A stretch of 64,000 bases of DNA, taken from the NCBI GenBank assembly GCA_038874595.1, contig JAVZCB010000003.1, positions 1-64,000 of the forward strand, in the 5' to 3' direction. Positions 31,234 to 41,139 of the stretch are shown piece by piece. The stretch is from Candidatus Micrarchaeia archaeon (GTDB taxonomy: Archaea; Micrarchaeota; Micrarchaeia; CAILAH01). The translations under genes were made by a program, and so were the position numbers. The first letter of the stretch is position 1, and the number at the start of each line of letters is the position of its first letter. The notes below the pieces were generated by a model that saw only the letters and a program-made list of their open reading frames with translations, was not told the origin of the DNA and did not search any database.

Positions 31234-31443
31234 ATTAACATCCTCCATAAAGCCAGTGCTGCGCATCCCAATGCGAAAACAAGCATAATGCAATTATGCA
31301 ATGATGTGCAACACATATGATATTTCCTAACATACCTGCCTATGTTAAACTGGTGCAACTTTAAAATAGTAATCCCGCTTTCTCTCATCGTGCGCGTTCC
31401 AGGGCAGGCATACATTTATAAAAAAGGAGCTAGAAACCAGATT

Positions 31444-31998
31444 ATGGGCAGAACGCTCCCTGTCCTTCTCCTAATGGTGGCCGGTCTTGCCGGCTGTATT
31501 GATTTGGGAGAGACGGGGGGCAGCACGCCCGGAGCAGGTGATGAGATGACCGAGCTCACTGTAAAATCAGCATTTGCACCGTTTGCGCAAATCCCAATCA
31601 GGTACACATGTGATGGTGACGATTTTATCCCTCCTTTTGAGATAACGGGGATACCTCCACGCACAAAATCAATCGCAGTTATCGTTGAGGACCCAGATGC
31701 ACCGCGCGGTTTGTTTGTGCATTGGGTTGCGTGGAACCTCCCGCCATCTGGTAAGTATCCAGAAAGTGTGGATGTTGCATCTCTTGGTGGCAAGGAAGGC
31801 ATAAACAGTGCGAACAGGTATGGGTATATGGGACCTTGCCCACCGCCCGGGCCAGCACACCGTTATTTCTTCAAGTTTTATGCACTTGACACAATGCTCG
31901 ACCTTGACACTGGCACAAAGCGCGAAGGGCTCCTTAATGCAATGAAAGGGCACGTGTTAGCACAAGGCGAAATAGTGGGAAAATACGGCAGGCATTAG
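31444..31998 (+). CDS. YbhB/YbcL (PEBP) family lipoprotein
   Basis: Lipobox LAGC; DPDAP, FVHWV, GPCPP and HRYFF motifs. Confidence 0.92.
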   Translation: MGRTLPVLLLMVAGLAGCIDLGETGGSTPGAGDEMTELTVKSAFAPFAQIPIRYTCDGDDFIPPFEITGIPPRTKSIAVIVEDPDAPRGLFVHWVAWNLPPSGKYPESVDVASLGGKEGINSANRYGYMGPCPPPGPAHRYFFKFYALDTMLDLDTGTKREGLLNAMKGHVLAQGEIVGKYGRH

Positions 31999-32006
31999 GC
32001 AATTTA

Positions 32007-32585
32007 TTATTCGCTCTTATTTTCATCTTTCCTTTTACCTACATTTTTGGTCTTATCATATATCTTCCAAAGAAGCCCGCTAATTTTGCCCCAGGCTCCC
32101 TGAGCAGCATTCCTTATTATGCCAAATATCGAGAGTGACGTTTCTCCCTTTATCGCTTGGACAACATAAATAATCACGGCAACCGTCCCTGCAAATTTTA
32201 GTATGTCTACCCAAGTATTTTCCTTATTCCTTTTTGGCAGGTCAATCCTGGCGCCCCTCCTAGGGTCAAGCTTTTCATTACTGCCCTGGATACAGTTGAG
32301 TGGTGCAGAAAACCCCCCACTTCTAATAAGGTCCTTTCTTGCAGTTTCTACCTCCTTTTTCTCCTGGCCCCCATTAGTTTTAAGAAAAGCCTTCTTAGCA
32401 TCAATATATTTCCTGCACAGTTCCGTGTCAACAGAAGTATTCCTCTCTTCTGCAAATGAAGGTGGGCATGCAAGCGAAGCCCCAACCATCAGCATAGCTA
32501 TGAACTCCTTTGCCCTTTTCATTTTTGTATGGCTATTCTCCTGCGAATGTGTGCGTGTATCCTTCTTGGTGGTTGTTGCCATCAT
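32007..32585 (-). CDS. Hypothetical exported, membrane-anchored protein
   Basis: Signal-like hydrophobic segment and one C-terminal TM helix. Confidence 0.5.
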   Translation of the reverse strand: MMATTTKKDTRTHSQENSHTKMKRAKEFIAMLMVGASLACPPSFAEERNTSVDTELCRKYIDAKKAFLKTNGGQEKKEVETARKDLIRSGGFSAPLNCIQGSNEKLDPRRGARIDLPKRNKENTWVDILKFAGTVAVIIYVVQAIKGETSLSIFGIIRNAAQGAWGKISGLLWKIYDKTKNVGKRKDENKSE

Positions 32586-32640
32586 TAGCTTAAGGGGGTA
32601 TTCCAATTATAAACATTTCCCAGCACCAGAAAAACAAGAG

Positions 32641-32932
32641 TCCCGCCGGGCGGATTTTCAGGTTTGCAACTCACTTGCAGTGTGCTGCAAAGGGCAATGC
32701 AATTGCCCTTCATTTGAACCGTCAACCTGCCGGTCACCGCGGAAGGGGTAACTACCCCAGCACATTCGCATGAGCGAATGGTGCATCGTTTGGCTTCACC
32801 AAACGCTATCCGTTCTGTGGCCTAACATAGCCTACTATGAGGCTTAGCAGGCCACACAACCCTAACATCGTTTTTAGTTTCCCAAAAACGATCCAACTAC
32901 AGCCGGCCGCTCTACCGTTGAGCTACAGCGGG
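32641..32932 (-). tRNA. tRNA-Tyr(GTA) with two introns (37/38: 32735-32896; 59/60: 32655-32712)
   Basis: Exons join to CCCGCTGTAGCTCAACGGTAGAGCGGCCGGCTGTAG|ACCGGCAGGTTGACGGTTCAAA|TCCGCCCGGCGGGA; C1-G72 Tyr identity; BHB-like junctions. Confidence 0.9.
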
Positions 32933-32991
32933 ACTTTCTATTTTACACCTGACAAACTTTTTAAACCTCTGCTTTTCTAACTCTTGCTTGT

Positions 32992-33735
32992 ATGATTGAC
33001 CGCATCGAAATAAGCTCAGGCGGAAGGAGGATTGTGGGGAACCTGTTTACTCATAATGGCAGGCGCAATTCAATCGTTATACTCCTGCACGGGTTTCTCT
33101 CATCAAAAGAGGACCTGTTTTTTGTTGCTGAAGCACTGCAGAAGCAGGGCATAGACTCTCTTGCAATAGATATGAATGGCCATGGTGAAAGTGATGGCAA
33201 TTTCTCAGATTTTACAATATCAGGGGCAGTTGATGATTGCAGGGCTGCAATTGATTATGCAATTTCTCAGGGGTTCTCTAATATAGGCATATTTGGATTC
33301 AGCATTGGAGGCTTTGTGGCACTTAATATTGCAAAACAACTCCAGCATAAAGGACACTTAAAAGCACTCGTGCTTGGTGCACCAGTCTCAAGCTTCTCAG
33401 ATACATTCAGCTGGGCTGACCTGCAGGCCTGGAAATCAACAGGCATATTCCGCTCCGACAAGCTTGGAATAAGCATAAAGATGGGCTATAAATTTTACGA
33501 AGATGGCATCGCACTTGATGGTTATAAAAAGTTCTCTTCAATTGAGACCCCAACACTAATCCTGCACGGCACTAAGGATAACATTGTCCCATTAAGGCAG
33601 AGTGAAGAGCTGGCGCGCTACCTCAGGAACGTGCATCTTATACGTGTAAATGGCGCATCACACAGCCTCTTTACCTTAAAAGGGGGCGATGAGGCGCTTG
33701 ATTCGCTTATAAAATGGTTTAAGGCTTATCTGTGA
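32992..33735 (+). CDS. Alpha/beta hydrolase
   Basis: LLHGF, GHGES, GFSIGG nucleophile elbow, HG..D..VP, GASH. Confidence 0.92.
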   Translation: MIDRIEISSGGRRIVGNLFTHNGRRNSIVILLHGFLSSKEDLFFVAEALQKQGIDSLAIDMNGHGESDGNFSDFTISGAVDDCRAAIDYAISQGFSNIGIFGFSIGGFVALNIAKQLQHKGHLKALVLGAPVSSFSDTFSWADLQAWKSTGIFRSDKLGISIKMGYKFYEDGIALDGYKKFSSIETPTLILHGTKDNIVPLRQSEELARYLRNVHLIRVNGASHSLFTLKGGDEALDSLIKWFKAYL

Positions 33736-33742
33736 GAGGGCC

Positions 33743-34069
33743 CTACCGTATACTCTCAACTTCAAAAATAATACGTTTCCCAAGAGTTTCCTTCTCTATT
33801 GTTATGATATGCTTGCCTTCCTTGTGTATGTAAGATATGCTCCATCCAGGCAAGTGTCTATTAACATATGTGAAAATGTCATGCAGGCTCTTATTTTCTG
33901 TGAGGATTGTTTCTATATCTTTGATATCATCTTCGCTGATTCCCATTAACTCGGGCTTATCATCCTTCTTCCATCCAAGAAACCCCTTCCTTTCTGTTTT
34001 TAATGTAATTTTGCGCTTCAGCATGACCCTCAATAACAAAGGGTACTCATCGTTTAAAAACTTTGCCAT
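33743..34069 (-). CDS. Hypothetical protein
   Basis: ORF directly downstream of leuS on the same strand. Confidence 0.5.
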   Translation of the reverse strand: MAKFLNDEYPLLLRVMLKRKITLKTERKGFLGWKKDDKPELMGISEDDIKDIETILTENKSLHDIFTYVNRHLPGWSISYIHKEGKHIITIEKETLGKRIIFEVESIR

Positions 34070-34108
34070 CAGTGAAACCAAGGCCTAATCTGCAAATGAT
34101 TATTGCTT

Positions 34109-36838
34109 TTATTCAAGGTATATGCTCGGCTTGCCAGGCAGCGCTTTTGCAGCCTTATCACCGACAGCAGTACCTGCTTCTGTCTCGTGGACAACCTTAA
34201 TCCTTAATCCAGTCTCTTCGCCTATGAACCCAGCCGCTTCTGCAAACGCCCTGTATTCCTCTTCTTCATCGAGCACAATATCAGATTTCCATTTCATCGC
34301 GCTTTTTATAATAGCCATTGCTTCCTTCCCGCGCCCTCTTATCTCCTCATCAGCCATCGCGTTTTTTATTGCTTCATTTAAGTTCTTTGTATTGCCTACT
34401 GATTTGAACACTTTTCTCTTGAAAGCACTTGCAACAATCAATGTTGCCTCCCTCTTCTCCTCACTAATCAACTTCTTTATCTCTTTTATATCTGATATTG
34501 TACCCTCTATTATTTTCTCACGCTCATCCAGTTTCCTGTCAATTGCCTCATCAAAAAGCTTCTCATCTATCTGTTGTGTAGTTGCAAATCCTTTACCGCC
34601 CAACCGCTCCCACATCTCATCACACAGATGCGGCGCAACGGGAGCCATAAGCAGTACCCATCTTTCAATTGCACCACGCGTCGGTTTGCCACCGCGTTTG
34701 ATGCACCATTTAATATCATTGATAAACCTGTAAACAAGGTCATTGATTAATTCCCGCAGGTTCAGTTTTGGGTAGTACTCATTGATTGCTTTTTTACCGT
34801 ATTCAGCAAGCCGCATCTCAAGCCATCTTTCAACATCCCTGGTTGCATTATCACTGAGGTTGCCGCACATCTCAAGCATGAACCTTAACCTGCTCATAAT
34901 CCCCTCAACAGTTGCCTTATTGAAATCAGTATCCTCACCAAGCTCAGCGCCACTCAGTACAGATATCCTTACCGGGTCGGCACCATATTGTGCCACAGCC
35001 TTTCTCAAGGGCAGGATATTGCCGAGCGATTTGCTCATCTTCTGACCATCCATAAGCACGAACCCATTAACAACAATCCCACGCGGCCATTTCTCTTTCG
35101 GGAATATCGCGGTATGGTTAAATATGAAGAAAGGCAGGTGGTTATACACAAGGTCCGCACCCGAATGCCTTGCATCTAAGGGGTACCAATACTCAAAGCT
35201 TTCCCTGAGCTCAACAAGCTCAGGTGGCGCGCTCCCTTTCCCAAGCATTACATAATCCCACTCGCTTGTACTGAGCGGTCTCTTAAGCTTGTGCTTCACA
35301 GTGTAGAATGCCATATATATTGTAGAATCTGAAAGTGCCTCAATCATCTTGCTCTCATCAAACGGAAACCTAGTGCCCAGGCCAGTTGCGCGTGTGCATG
35401 CTTTCTCGTGTAGCCAATTGATTGCATACTCGAAATCCAACCTCCTCCCTTCAGGCACAATAGACATTTCTGCTAGGCACTCACGCGCCTTTTCCTTCCA
35501 CTTTTCATCGCCGTAATTTATGAACCACTGGTCTTCAAACACCTTAACCTCAACAGAACCACCGCACCTGCATTTTACCGGCCTATTGATAATCTCCCAC
35601 AGTATACCTCCTTCACCATTCATGATAAGCCCATCGCGCACATAATCGCGCGCTTTCTCAACTTTCATTCCTTTTAGGTCACCAATACCCATTATTCCAT
35701 AATGCAGCTCTTTCCTGTAAACTGTTTTTGTTGCTTCCTCAAGCTTAGGGTCATCAAGCGAGCGTATCCCCATTTTTTCAACAATGTTTTTTGCAGGCAC
35801 CTCACCAAGCTCTTTGTCATCCACTTCGATGATCTTGATAAGCATCTTATCCGCCTTTTCCTTTCCGACCGCCTCAACCAGCGCCTCGTAATCGTAAGGC
35901 GCGTGCGCGGGAACGCTCATCACAACTCCAGTTGCATTTGCAGGGTCAACAAACGATGCAACCATTATGGGCACTTCAGTACCAGTCAGTGGCGCACGGC
36001 ACGTCTTGCCAGCCAGGGCCTTTCCTTTAATCTCCTCAATAACCTCCACTTTATGGTCCTGCAACTTGAACTTTTCAGCAGCCTCTTTCGACACAATGTA
36101 CTGCTCACCATCTATTTTCGCCTTTACATAATCAGCATCTGCATTGACCCATACATTTGTAACCCCATAAACAGTTTCAGGACGTAGCGTCGCCGCAAGC
36201 AGGAATGCATCATCAATTGCAAATTTCAGTGTTACGAACTCACCAAGCTCCGGGTCAACATCTCCCTTTGTATCGTGGCCGCCAACTGCATTACCGCATT
36301 TGGGGCAGTAAGGCACAGGATGTTTCCCCTTTGTTATGAGCCCGGCATCCTTAAGCTTGTGGAACTGCCACGTAATAAATGAGTTGAATTCCTTATCAAA
36401 TGTATAAAACTTCCTTCTCCAATCTATGGAAAATCCCATCTCACGCATCCCCTGCTCAATCTCCTTGCTGAATGCCATTACAAGGTCGCGCGGGTTTGTA
36501 AGCGATTGTGCATACTCTTTATCCATCCCATAAATATTGGTGAATATATCCATAAGCTCCTGGTCTTTTTCCTCAATCCTCTTGGCCATTGCCATAATAG
36601 GTGTACCGGTTACATGAAACCCCATCGGGAAAAGGACATTCTTGCCACGCATTCGTGCATACCGTGCGCATACATCGGTAATTGTATATGTTCTTGCATG
36701 CCCAATATGTTGTGGGCTGTTTGGGTACGGAAATGCCGCAGTAATATAAAACTTCTGGCGTGAATCAGGCTCGCTTTCGAACAGCTTGGCGTTCGCCCAC
36801 CTTTCCTGCCATTTTCTTGACATTTCAGCGAATTCCAT
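34109..36838 (-). CDS. leuS: Leucyl-tRNA synthetase (archaeal type)
   Basis: AFPYPN..QHIGH, ATLRPET editing domain, KMSKS, KALPGKPSI; true start MEFAEM at 36838. Confidence 0.96.
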   Translation of the reverse strand: MEFAEMSRKWQERWANAKLFESEPDSRQKFYITAAFPYPNSPQHIGHARTYTITDVCARYARMRGKNVLFPMGFHVTGTPIMAMAKRIEEKDQELMDIFTNIYGMDKEYAQSLTNPRDLVMAFSKEIEQGMREMGFSIDWRRKFYTFDKEFNSFITWQFHKLKDAGLITKGKHPVPYCPKCGNAVGGHDTKGDVDPELGEFVTLKFAIDDAFLLAATLRPETVYGVTNVWVNADADYVKAKIDGEQYIVSKEAAEKFKLQDHKVEVIEEIKGKALAGKTCRAPLTGTEVPIMVASFVDPANATGVVMSVPAHAPYDYEALVEAVGKEKADKMLIKIIEVDDKELGEVPAKNIVEKMGIRSLDDPKLEEATKTVYRKELHYGIMGIGDLKGMKVEKARDYVRDGLIMNGEGGILWEIINRPVKCRCGGSVEVKVFEDQWFINYGDEKWKEKARECLAEMSIVPEGRRLDFEYAINWLHEKACTRATGLGTRFPFDESKMIEALSDSTIYMAFYTVKHKLKRPLSTSEWDYVMLGKGSAPPELVELRESFEYWYPLDARHSGADLVYNHLPFFIFNHTAIFPKEKWPRGIVVNGFVLMDGQKMSKSLGNILPLRKAVAQYGADPVRISVLSGAELGEDTDFNKATVEGIMSRLRFMLEMCGNLSDNATRDVERWLEMRLAEYGKKAINEYYPKLNLRELINDLVYRFINDIKWCIKRGGKPTRGAIERWVLLMAPVAPHLCDEMWERLGGKGFATTQQIDEKLFDEAIDRKLDEREKIIEGTISDIKEIKKLISEEKREATLIVASAFKRKVFKSVGNTKNLNEAIKNAMADEEIRGRGKEAMAIIKSAMKWKSDIVLDEEEEYRAFAEAAGFIGEETGLRIKVVHETEAGTAVGDKAAKALPGKPSIYLE

Positions 36839-36875
36839 GAAAGGTTTAAAATAAAAGTAGTTATAAGTTTTATTG

Positions 36876-38972
36876 ATGGGCTTGCAAAAGCCAGGCATAA
36901 CCATTGCATTGGTGCTATTCTTATTGCTTGTGCCGAACATAGCACATGCAGCCACGCTTGGTGATATCCTATCTGCGAGCGCAGTTGGTGTTGCGATAGG
37001 TTTTGTGATTGCAGGGTTAGGATACATGGTTGCCGGCTTTATAGGCACACCGCAGGCGCAGGGCTGGGCAAAGAATGAGGTGTTTGAGAACTTATTTACG
37101 CTGTTTTTGGTAGCTAACATAGGCCTGCTTGCGGTGGCATCGCTAATCTTCTTTGCAGCGTTCCCATCATCAACAGCCACTCCCCCGCAGTTTGGCCTTG
37201 ACCTGAACTCACTAATTAACGCCCAGGTAATGACAAATGATGCAATCAGGCAGGTTGATATTGCAATTGAAGGCATACCTGCATCGCAGGCCACAAACCC
37301 GGGCAGCACTTATATAAGCACGAGCGACTGGGGGCTAAAGCAGGTGTTTATGGCATCATATGTGATTGAAACATTCATAGGCGAGTGGACATACATCGGG
37401 CAGATACATTTCAACACTCTAGGTGCTGGCAGCACTGTGGGAGGCTCTGGCGGAGGGATTGGTGCGGTTGATTCGCTTTCTCTTAAAGCACCTCTCTTCC
37501 CAGGCTTATCAAAGGTTACTGATATCATTGAGCAGATGAACGAGCTGATAATACTTATGATATTTATGCTGCTGGCGCACAAGGGAATCCTCATATTCAT
37601 ATCCGCTGTGGGACCGCAGCTTCTTCTTATAGGCATATTCTTCCGCTCGCTCCCGTTCACGCGTCGGCTTGGCTCAACTCTTATGGCTTTGTTCATCACG
37701 CTCCAGTTTGTATACCCAGCTTTTATCCTTGCATCCTTTTCCGATGATTTCTATGGTAAGATAGTGAAAGAATTCAGTGGTGTTTATGTAAGTACAGATT
37801 GGATGACCGCTTTGCCAGGCGCAGATGGTACCCAGATAATATTCCTTTCACCAAAAGATATTGTACAAGTGGATGAAAGCACAAAAGAGATAAATTTCAC
37901 GTTCACTGCGCGTGCCGGCATATACAATTTTACAGTGAAAGACCAAACAGGCGGGCTGCTTTGTAAAGGAACAGCAATAACAACCCAGGAGATAGTATGT
38001 CCTATCAGCATAAGCAAGCTGAAGCCACTTGACCTTATCAAAGATGCGGATAAGCTTGATCAAGCAGTATATTTCTATAACATATCTATAGACTTTTATG
38101 GCACGGCATTTGACTCGCAGACGCAACAGTATATCTTAGAAAATTACCCATACAAGGAATCCCTCTCAGTACCCATCTTTATAATCCAGAAGTGCACAAC
38201 AACAGAGTGCGAGCAAAAATACCAGATAAGAAACGCAGAATTCAATGAAATAAGGGATGGATATATTGCAGACCAGAAGAATCCTGAGTACTTTTTGGAT
38301 AATGCGGCACAAAAGACTGCGAACATGTTTGTTCTCGCTCAGAAGTTTTCACTTCATTATATGAGTGAAAAAGCAATGAAACAGGTTTCCGGTACGGTTG
38401 TCAAGCAGGTCGCTAAGGAAGGCACAAAAAAGACAATCTCCGCAATGCTTAAGAGAGGTGCTGGCGCTGTTGCTGGCGGTGTAAGTGCCATAGTTACATT
38501 TGCACTTTCCAGTGCACTCATCAAGAGCGATATTGCAACCGCAATGTTTGATGAGGTGGCATGTGATGCATACAGCGGGTATATGGCACAGAAGTATATA
38601 GACCCGCCTTCAAATGCCCCTTCTATCGATACGAGCCAGCTTGATTTTTGGAAAGCGGCGTGGTACCGTGCACAGCAGGCAGGGGATTTCATAGCTGAAG
38701 TTAGCTTAGATATGCTGCGCAGCTATGGTAGTATGTATGATGTATCAGATTACAAATCCTGTGCAGCATCAACAGGCGCTTTTGATTGGCTTGCAGGTAA
38801 GGCGTTAGGGTACTCACCACGTGAGTTTAATGTAACAGTGCTGATGACCCGTGTCGTTGTTGCATTTATGATATCTTTGTTCTCAATTATCATAGTTGTA
38901 ACCTTCTACCGCTCAATAGCTGAAAGTATAGGTGGTGACTCGTCACTTATGGGGCTTGGAAAAGTAATTTGA
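36876..38972 (+). CDS. CedA/VirB6-like polytopic membrane protein 1, large extracellular insert
   Basis: GYMVAG....Q.WAKNE; GIFFRSLPFTRRLGSTLMA.....FVYP; C-terminus IGGD..L.GLGKVI. Confidence 0.65.
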   Translation: MGLQKPGITIALVLFLLLVPNIAHAATLGDILSASAVGVAIGFVIAGLGYMVAGFIGTPQAQGWAKNEVFENLFTLFLVANIGLLAVASLIFFAAFPSSTATPPQFGLDLNSLINAQVMTNDAIRQVDIAIEGIPASQATNPGSTYISTSDWGLKQVFMASYVIETFIGEWTYIGQIHFNTLGAGSTVGGSGGGIGAVDSLSLKAPLFPGLSKVTDIIEQMNELIILMIFMLLAHKGILIFISAVGPQLLLIGIFFRSLPFTRRLGSTLMALFITLQFVYPAFILASFSDDFYGKIVKEFSGVYVSTDWMTALPGADGTQIIFLSPKDIVQVDESTKEINFTFTARAGIYNFTVKDQTGGLLCKGTAITTQEIVCPISISKLKPLDLIKDADKLDQAVYFYNISIDFYGTAFDSQTQQYILENYPYKESLSVPIFIIQKCTTTECEQKYQIRNAEFNEIRDGYIADQKNPEYFLDNAAQKTANMFVLAQKFSLHYMSEKAMKQVSGTVVKQVAKEGTKKTISAMLKRGAGAVAGGVSAIVTFALSSALIKSDIATAMFDEVACDAYSGYMAQKYIDPPSNAPSIDTSQLDFWKAAWYRAQQAGDFIAEVSLDMLRSYGSMYDVSDYKSCAASTGAFDWLAGKALGYSPREFNVTVLMTRVVVAFMISLFSIIIVVTFYRSIAESIGGDSSLMGLGKVI

Positions 38973-38983
38973 GGTTGTATAAG

Positions 38984-39910
38984 ATGATTGACCCTGCAGG
39001 CAGTTGTGCATTGGTGTTCATTGACGGCATATGGGCGAACATATTTATAGCCCTCACGATATCCATACTCATCTCCGCACTTGCATATATGCTCGGCAAC
39101 CTGCTTAAGCGCGAGGATTATGTTGAGTTCGGAAAGACCGAGCTGTATAACTTTGTTGTAACGTTTGCGATTGTATTCTCTTTCACAACAATAGTGGTTT
39201 TTGCAACAGAGTTATCGTGCTCGCAGGCTAACGGCCAAAATGTGGACCTGTTCCAGCAGGTGCTTGAAAAAATGAATAACATACTTTATGGAAGTGTTTA
39301 TGCAACCCTTAGAAACTTATTCCAGATTATGCTTGAGATAAGCGTATTCTCAAACATGAGCCTGTCATTTTCAGGTGTAAAGATAATGCCACTGGCCGGA
39401 TTAAAGAATATTTACACAAGCCTTAATGTTATCTCATTTATTATGGAGAGCGTTTTTGCAAGCCTCTACTTGCAATCAATCCTCCTGATGATACTCAGGG
39501 AAACGGCATTCACATTCATATTTCCAGTTGGAATATTCCTGCGTGCACTTCCAATAACACGGGATGCGGGCACATTCCTTATGGCAGTCTCATTTTCATT
39601 CTTTACGATGTACCCCTACATTTATGTAATATCGCTTGATGCATATTCGCATGTGCAACAGCAGATACAATATGAGCAGGTAATCTCTTCTATTCACCAC
39701 ACACCAGACAAGGCATACTCATTTTTCAAGTCTGTTGAAGATAACACATTCTATGCACTTACAGCATTTAATTACAAGAGCTTGCGCGATATGTTCCTTG
39801 TGCTCGGCGGGCATTTGTTTTTAGCACTTGTTGTGCCAGCCATCGCAATAGTAATGTCCACTGCAATGGCAAGCTCAATCATAAAATTCCTTAAGGAGGT
39901 TGGTGCCTGA
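38984..39910 (+). CDS. CedA/VirB6-like polytopic membrane protein 2
   Basis: ALAYMLG......FGKTE; GIFLRALPITRDAGTFLMA......MYP. Confidence 0.65.
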   Translation: MIDPAGSCALVFIDGIWANIFIALTISILISALAYMLGNLLKREDYVEFGKTELYNFVVTFAIVFSFTTIVVFATELSCSQANGQNVDLFQQVLEKMNNILYGSVYATLRNLFQIMLEISVFSNMSLSFSGVKIMPLAGLKNIYTSLNVISFIMESVFASLYLQSILLMILRETAFTFIFPVGIFLRALPITRDAGTFLMAVSFSFFTMYPYIYVISLDAYSHVQQQIQYEQVISSIHHTPDKAYSFFKSVEDNTFYALTAFNYKSLRDMFLVLGGHLFLALVVPAIAIVMSTAMASSIIKFLKEVGA

Positions 39911-41139
39911 TGATGGAGCTGCTCCCAGTAATTTTATCCAACGGACTTGCATCTGGCGGTTCAATACAATTTACAGAGTTCTTTTATGCTCTCTTCCCGG
40001 TGGCAATACTGGTAGTAGTAATCCATCTCCTGTTCGTAGCGCTTATTTTTATGGCGGGGAAGATATTCTCAAATGAGAACCTCATAGGGTTTTCAAAGCA
40101 CGAGTTTGGGCAAGCTATGTTCTCGCTCATAATAGTAGGCTCCCTGCTTACAGTAATACCTCTAGTTAACCTAATCTTCTGCACAGCACTTGTTGATGTT
40201 GGATTTATAACAGATGGCTCGTGTTCACCACAAAACCTTTTCATAACCGCCCACCTTAAGGTTGCACGTGACCACCTCGCAGAAGCATACAATAACATAC
40301 GCGTCCTTGCAAAAGGCACGCTTCGGGCATTTGACTGGGCAGCCACATGTGCAGGTATGAGCGCTTCTGGAGGGCTTTTGCAGTTATCATCAATGAAATA
40401 TAATTCCATCCATGCATTCGTATACGGGGAATCATTCACTATGCTTTACAGGGTGCTTTTATTCCTCAAATTCCAGGAGCTTTTCATGATAATTAATGCA
40501 ATATACTTTTTCCCATTCTTGTTTAATATCGGCCTCGTTTTGCGCATACTACCATTCACGCGCAAGGTAGGTGGCCTTTTGATGGGGATAACCCTAGGCC
40601 TATTTTTCGTGCTCCCCTACATGTATATATTCTCACAAACTGTGGTTGAATCGGCAGAGCATTTCAGCACAAAGTTTGTGCTTGATACTTCAAAGTATAT
40701 GTTCTTCTGCATCACGTTCAGCGACCTTGTCGACCCAAGCGGGAGTTCCACATCATTTGATGAAATCATAGAGCAGAAGCGGGCAGAAAACGCCAGGGCA
40801 GGTGGCGACCCATCAAAGAATATCGCCGGCCAGGCAGCTGCAGAGCTGCTTGCCAAGATAAATAATAATCCACAGATAGGGTTTGGGTACTCTATTGGAA
40901 GAAATGGCAATATCCCAAACCCACAGGATAACCGCGCATTTGGCACAGGCAAAGATTATTATGACCCGAGCAATCCTCAAAATCATAAGTATTCGCTTGT
41001 AGAGGCAATAGCCAGGGCTATCCTGATGGCAACGTTCACATCAATATTTGCAATTGCTGGTACAATTTCGGCAATCAGGGAAATATCGATATTGTTCGGA
41101 GGCGATGTGGAGATAGCAGGCCTTACGAAGATTATATGA
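39910..41139 (+). CDS. CedA/VirB6-like polytopic membrane protein 3
   Basis: ALIFMAG......FSKHE; GLVLRILPFTRKVGGLLMG......VLP; FGGDVEIAGLTKII. Confidence 0.65.
   Translation: MMELLPVILSNGLASGGSIQFTEFFYALFPVAILVVVIHLLFVALIFMAGKIFSNENLIGFSKHEFGQAMFSLIIVGSLLTVIPLVNLIFCTALVDVGFITDGSCSPQNLFITAHLKVARDHLAEAYNNIRVLAKGTLRAFDWAATCAGMSASGGLLQLSSMKYNSIHAFVYGESFTMLYRVLLFLKFQELFMIINAIYFFPFLFNIGLVLRILPFTRKVGGLLMGITLGLFFVLPYMYIFSQTVVESAEHFSTKFVLDTSKYMFFCITFSDLVDPSGSSTSFDEIIEQKRAENARAGGDPSKNIAGQAAAELLAKINNNPQIGFGYSIGRNGNIPNPQDNRAFGTGKDYYDPSNPQNHKYSLVEAIARAILMATFTSIFAIAGTISAIREISILFGGDVEIAGLTKII

Noticed and set aside
32203-32751. 182-aa plus-strand ORF
   Set aside because: Antisense to a minus-strand gene and overlaps tRNA-Tyr exons
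32735-32896. C/D guide RNA or homing endonuclease inside the tRNA introns
   Set aside because: No properly spaced C and D boxes seen and the introns are far too short for an endonuclease ORF
36839-37309. 157-aa N-terminal extension of LeuRS in the ORF track
   Set aside because: It is antisense to the first membrane-array gene; LeuRS homology begins at MEFAEM (36838) with a TATA element in the 37-bp divergent gap
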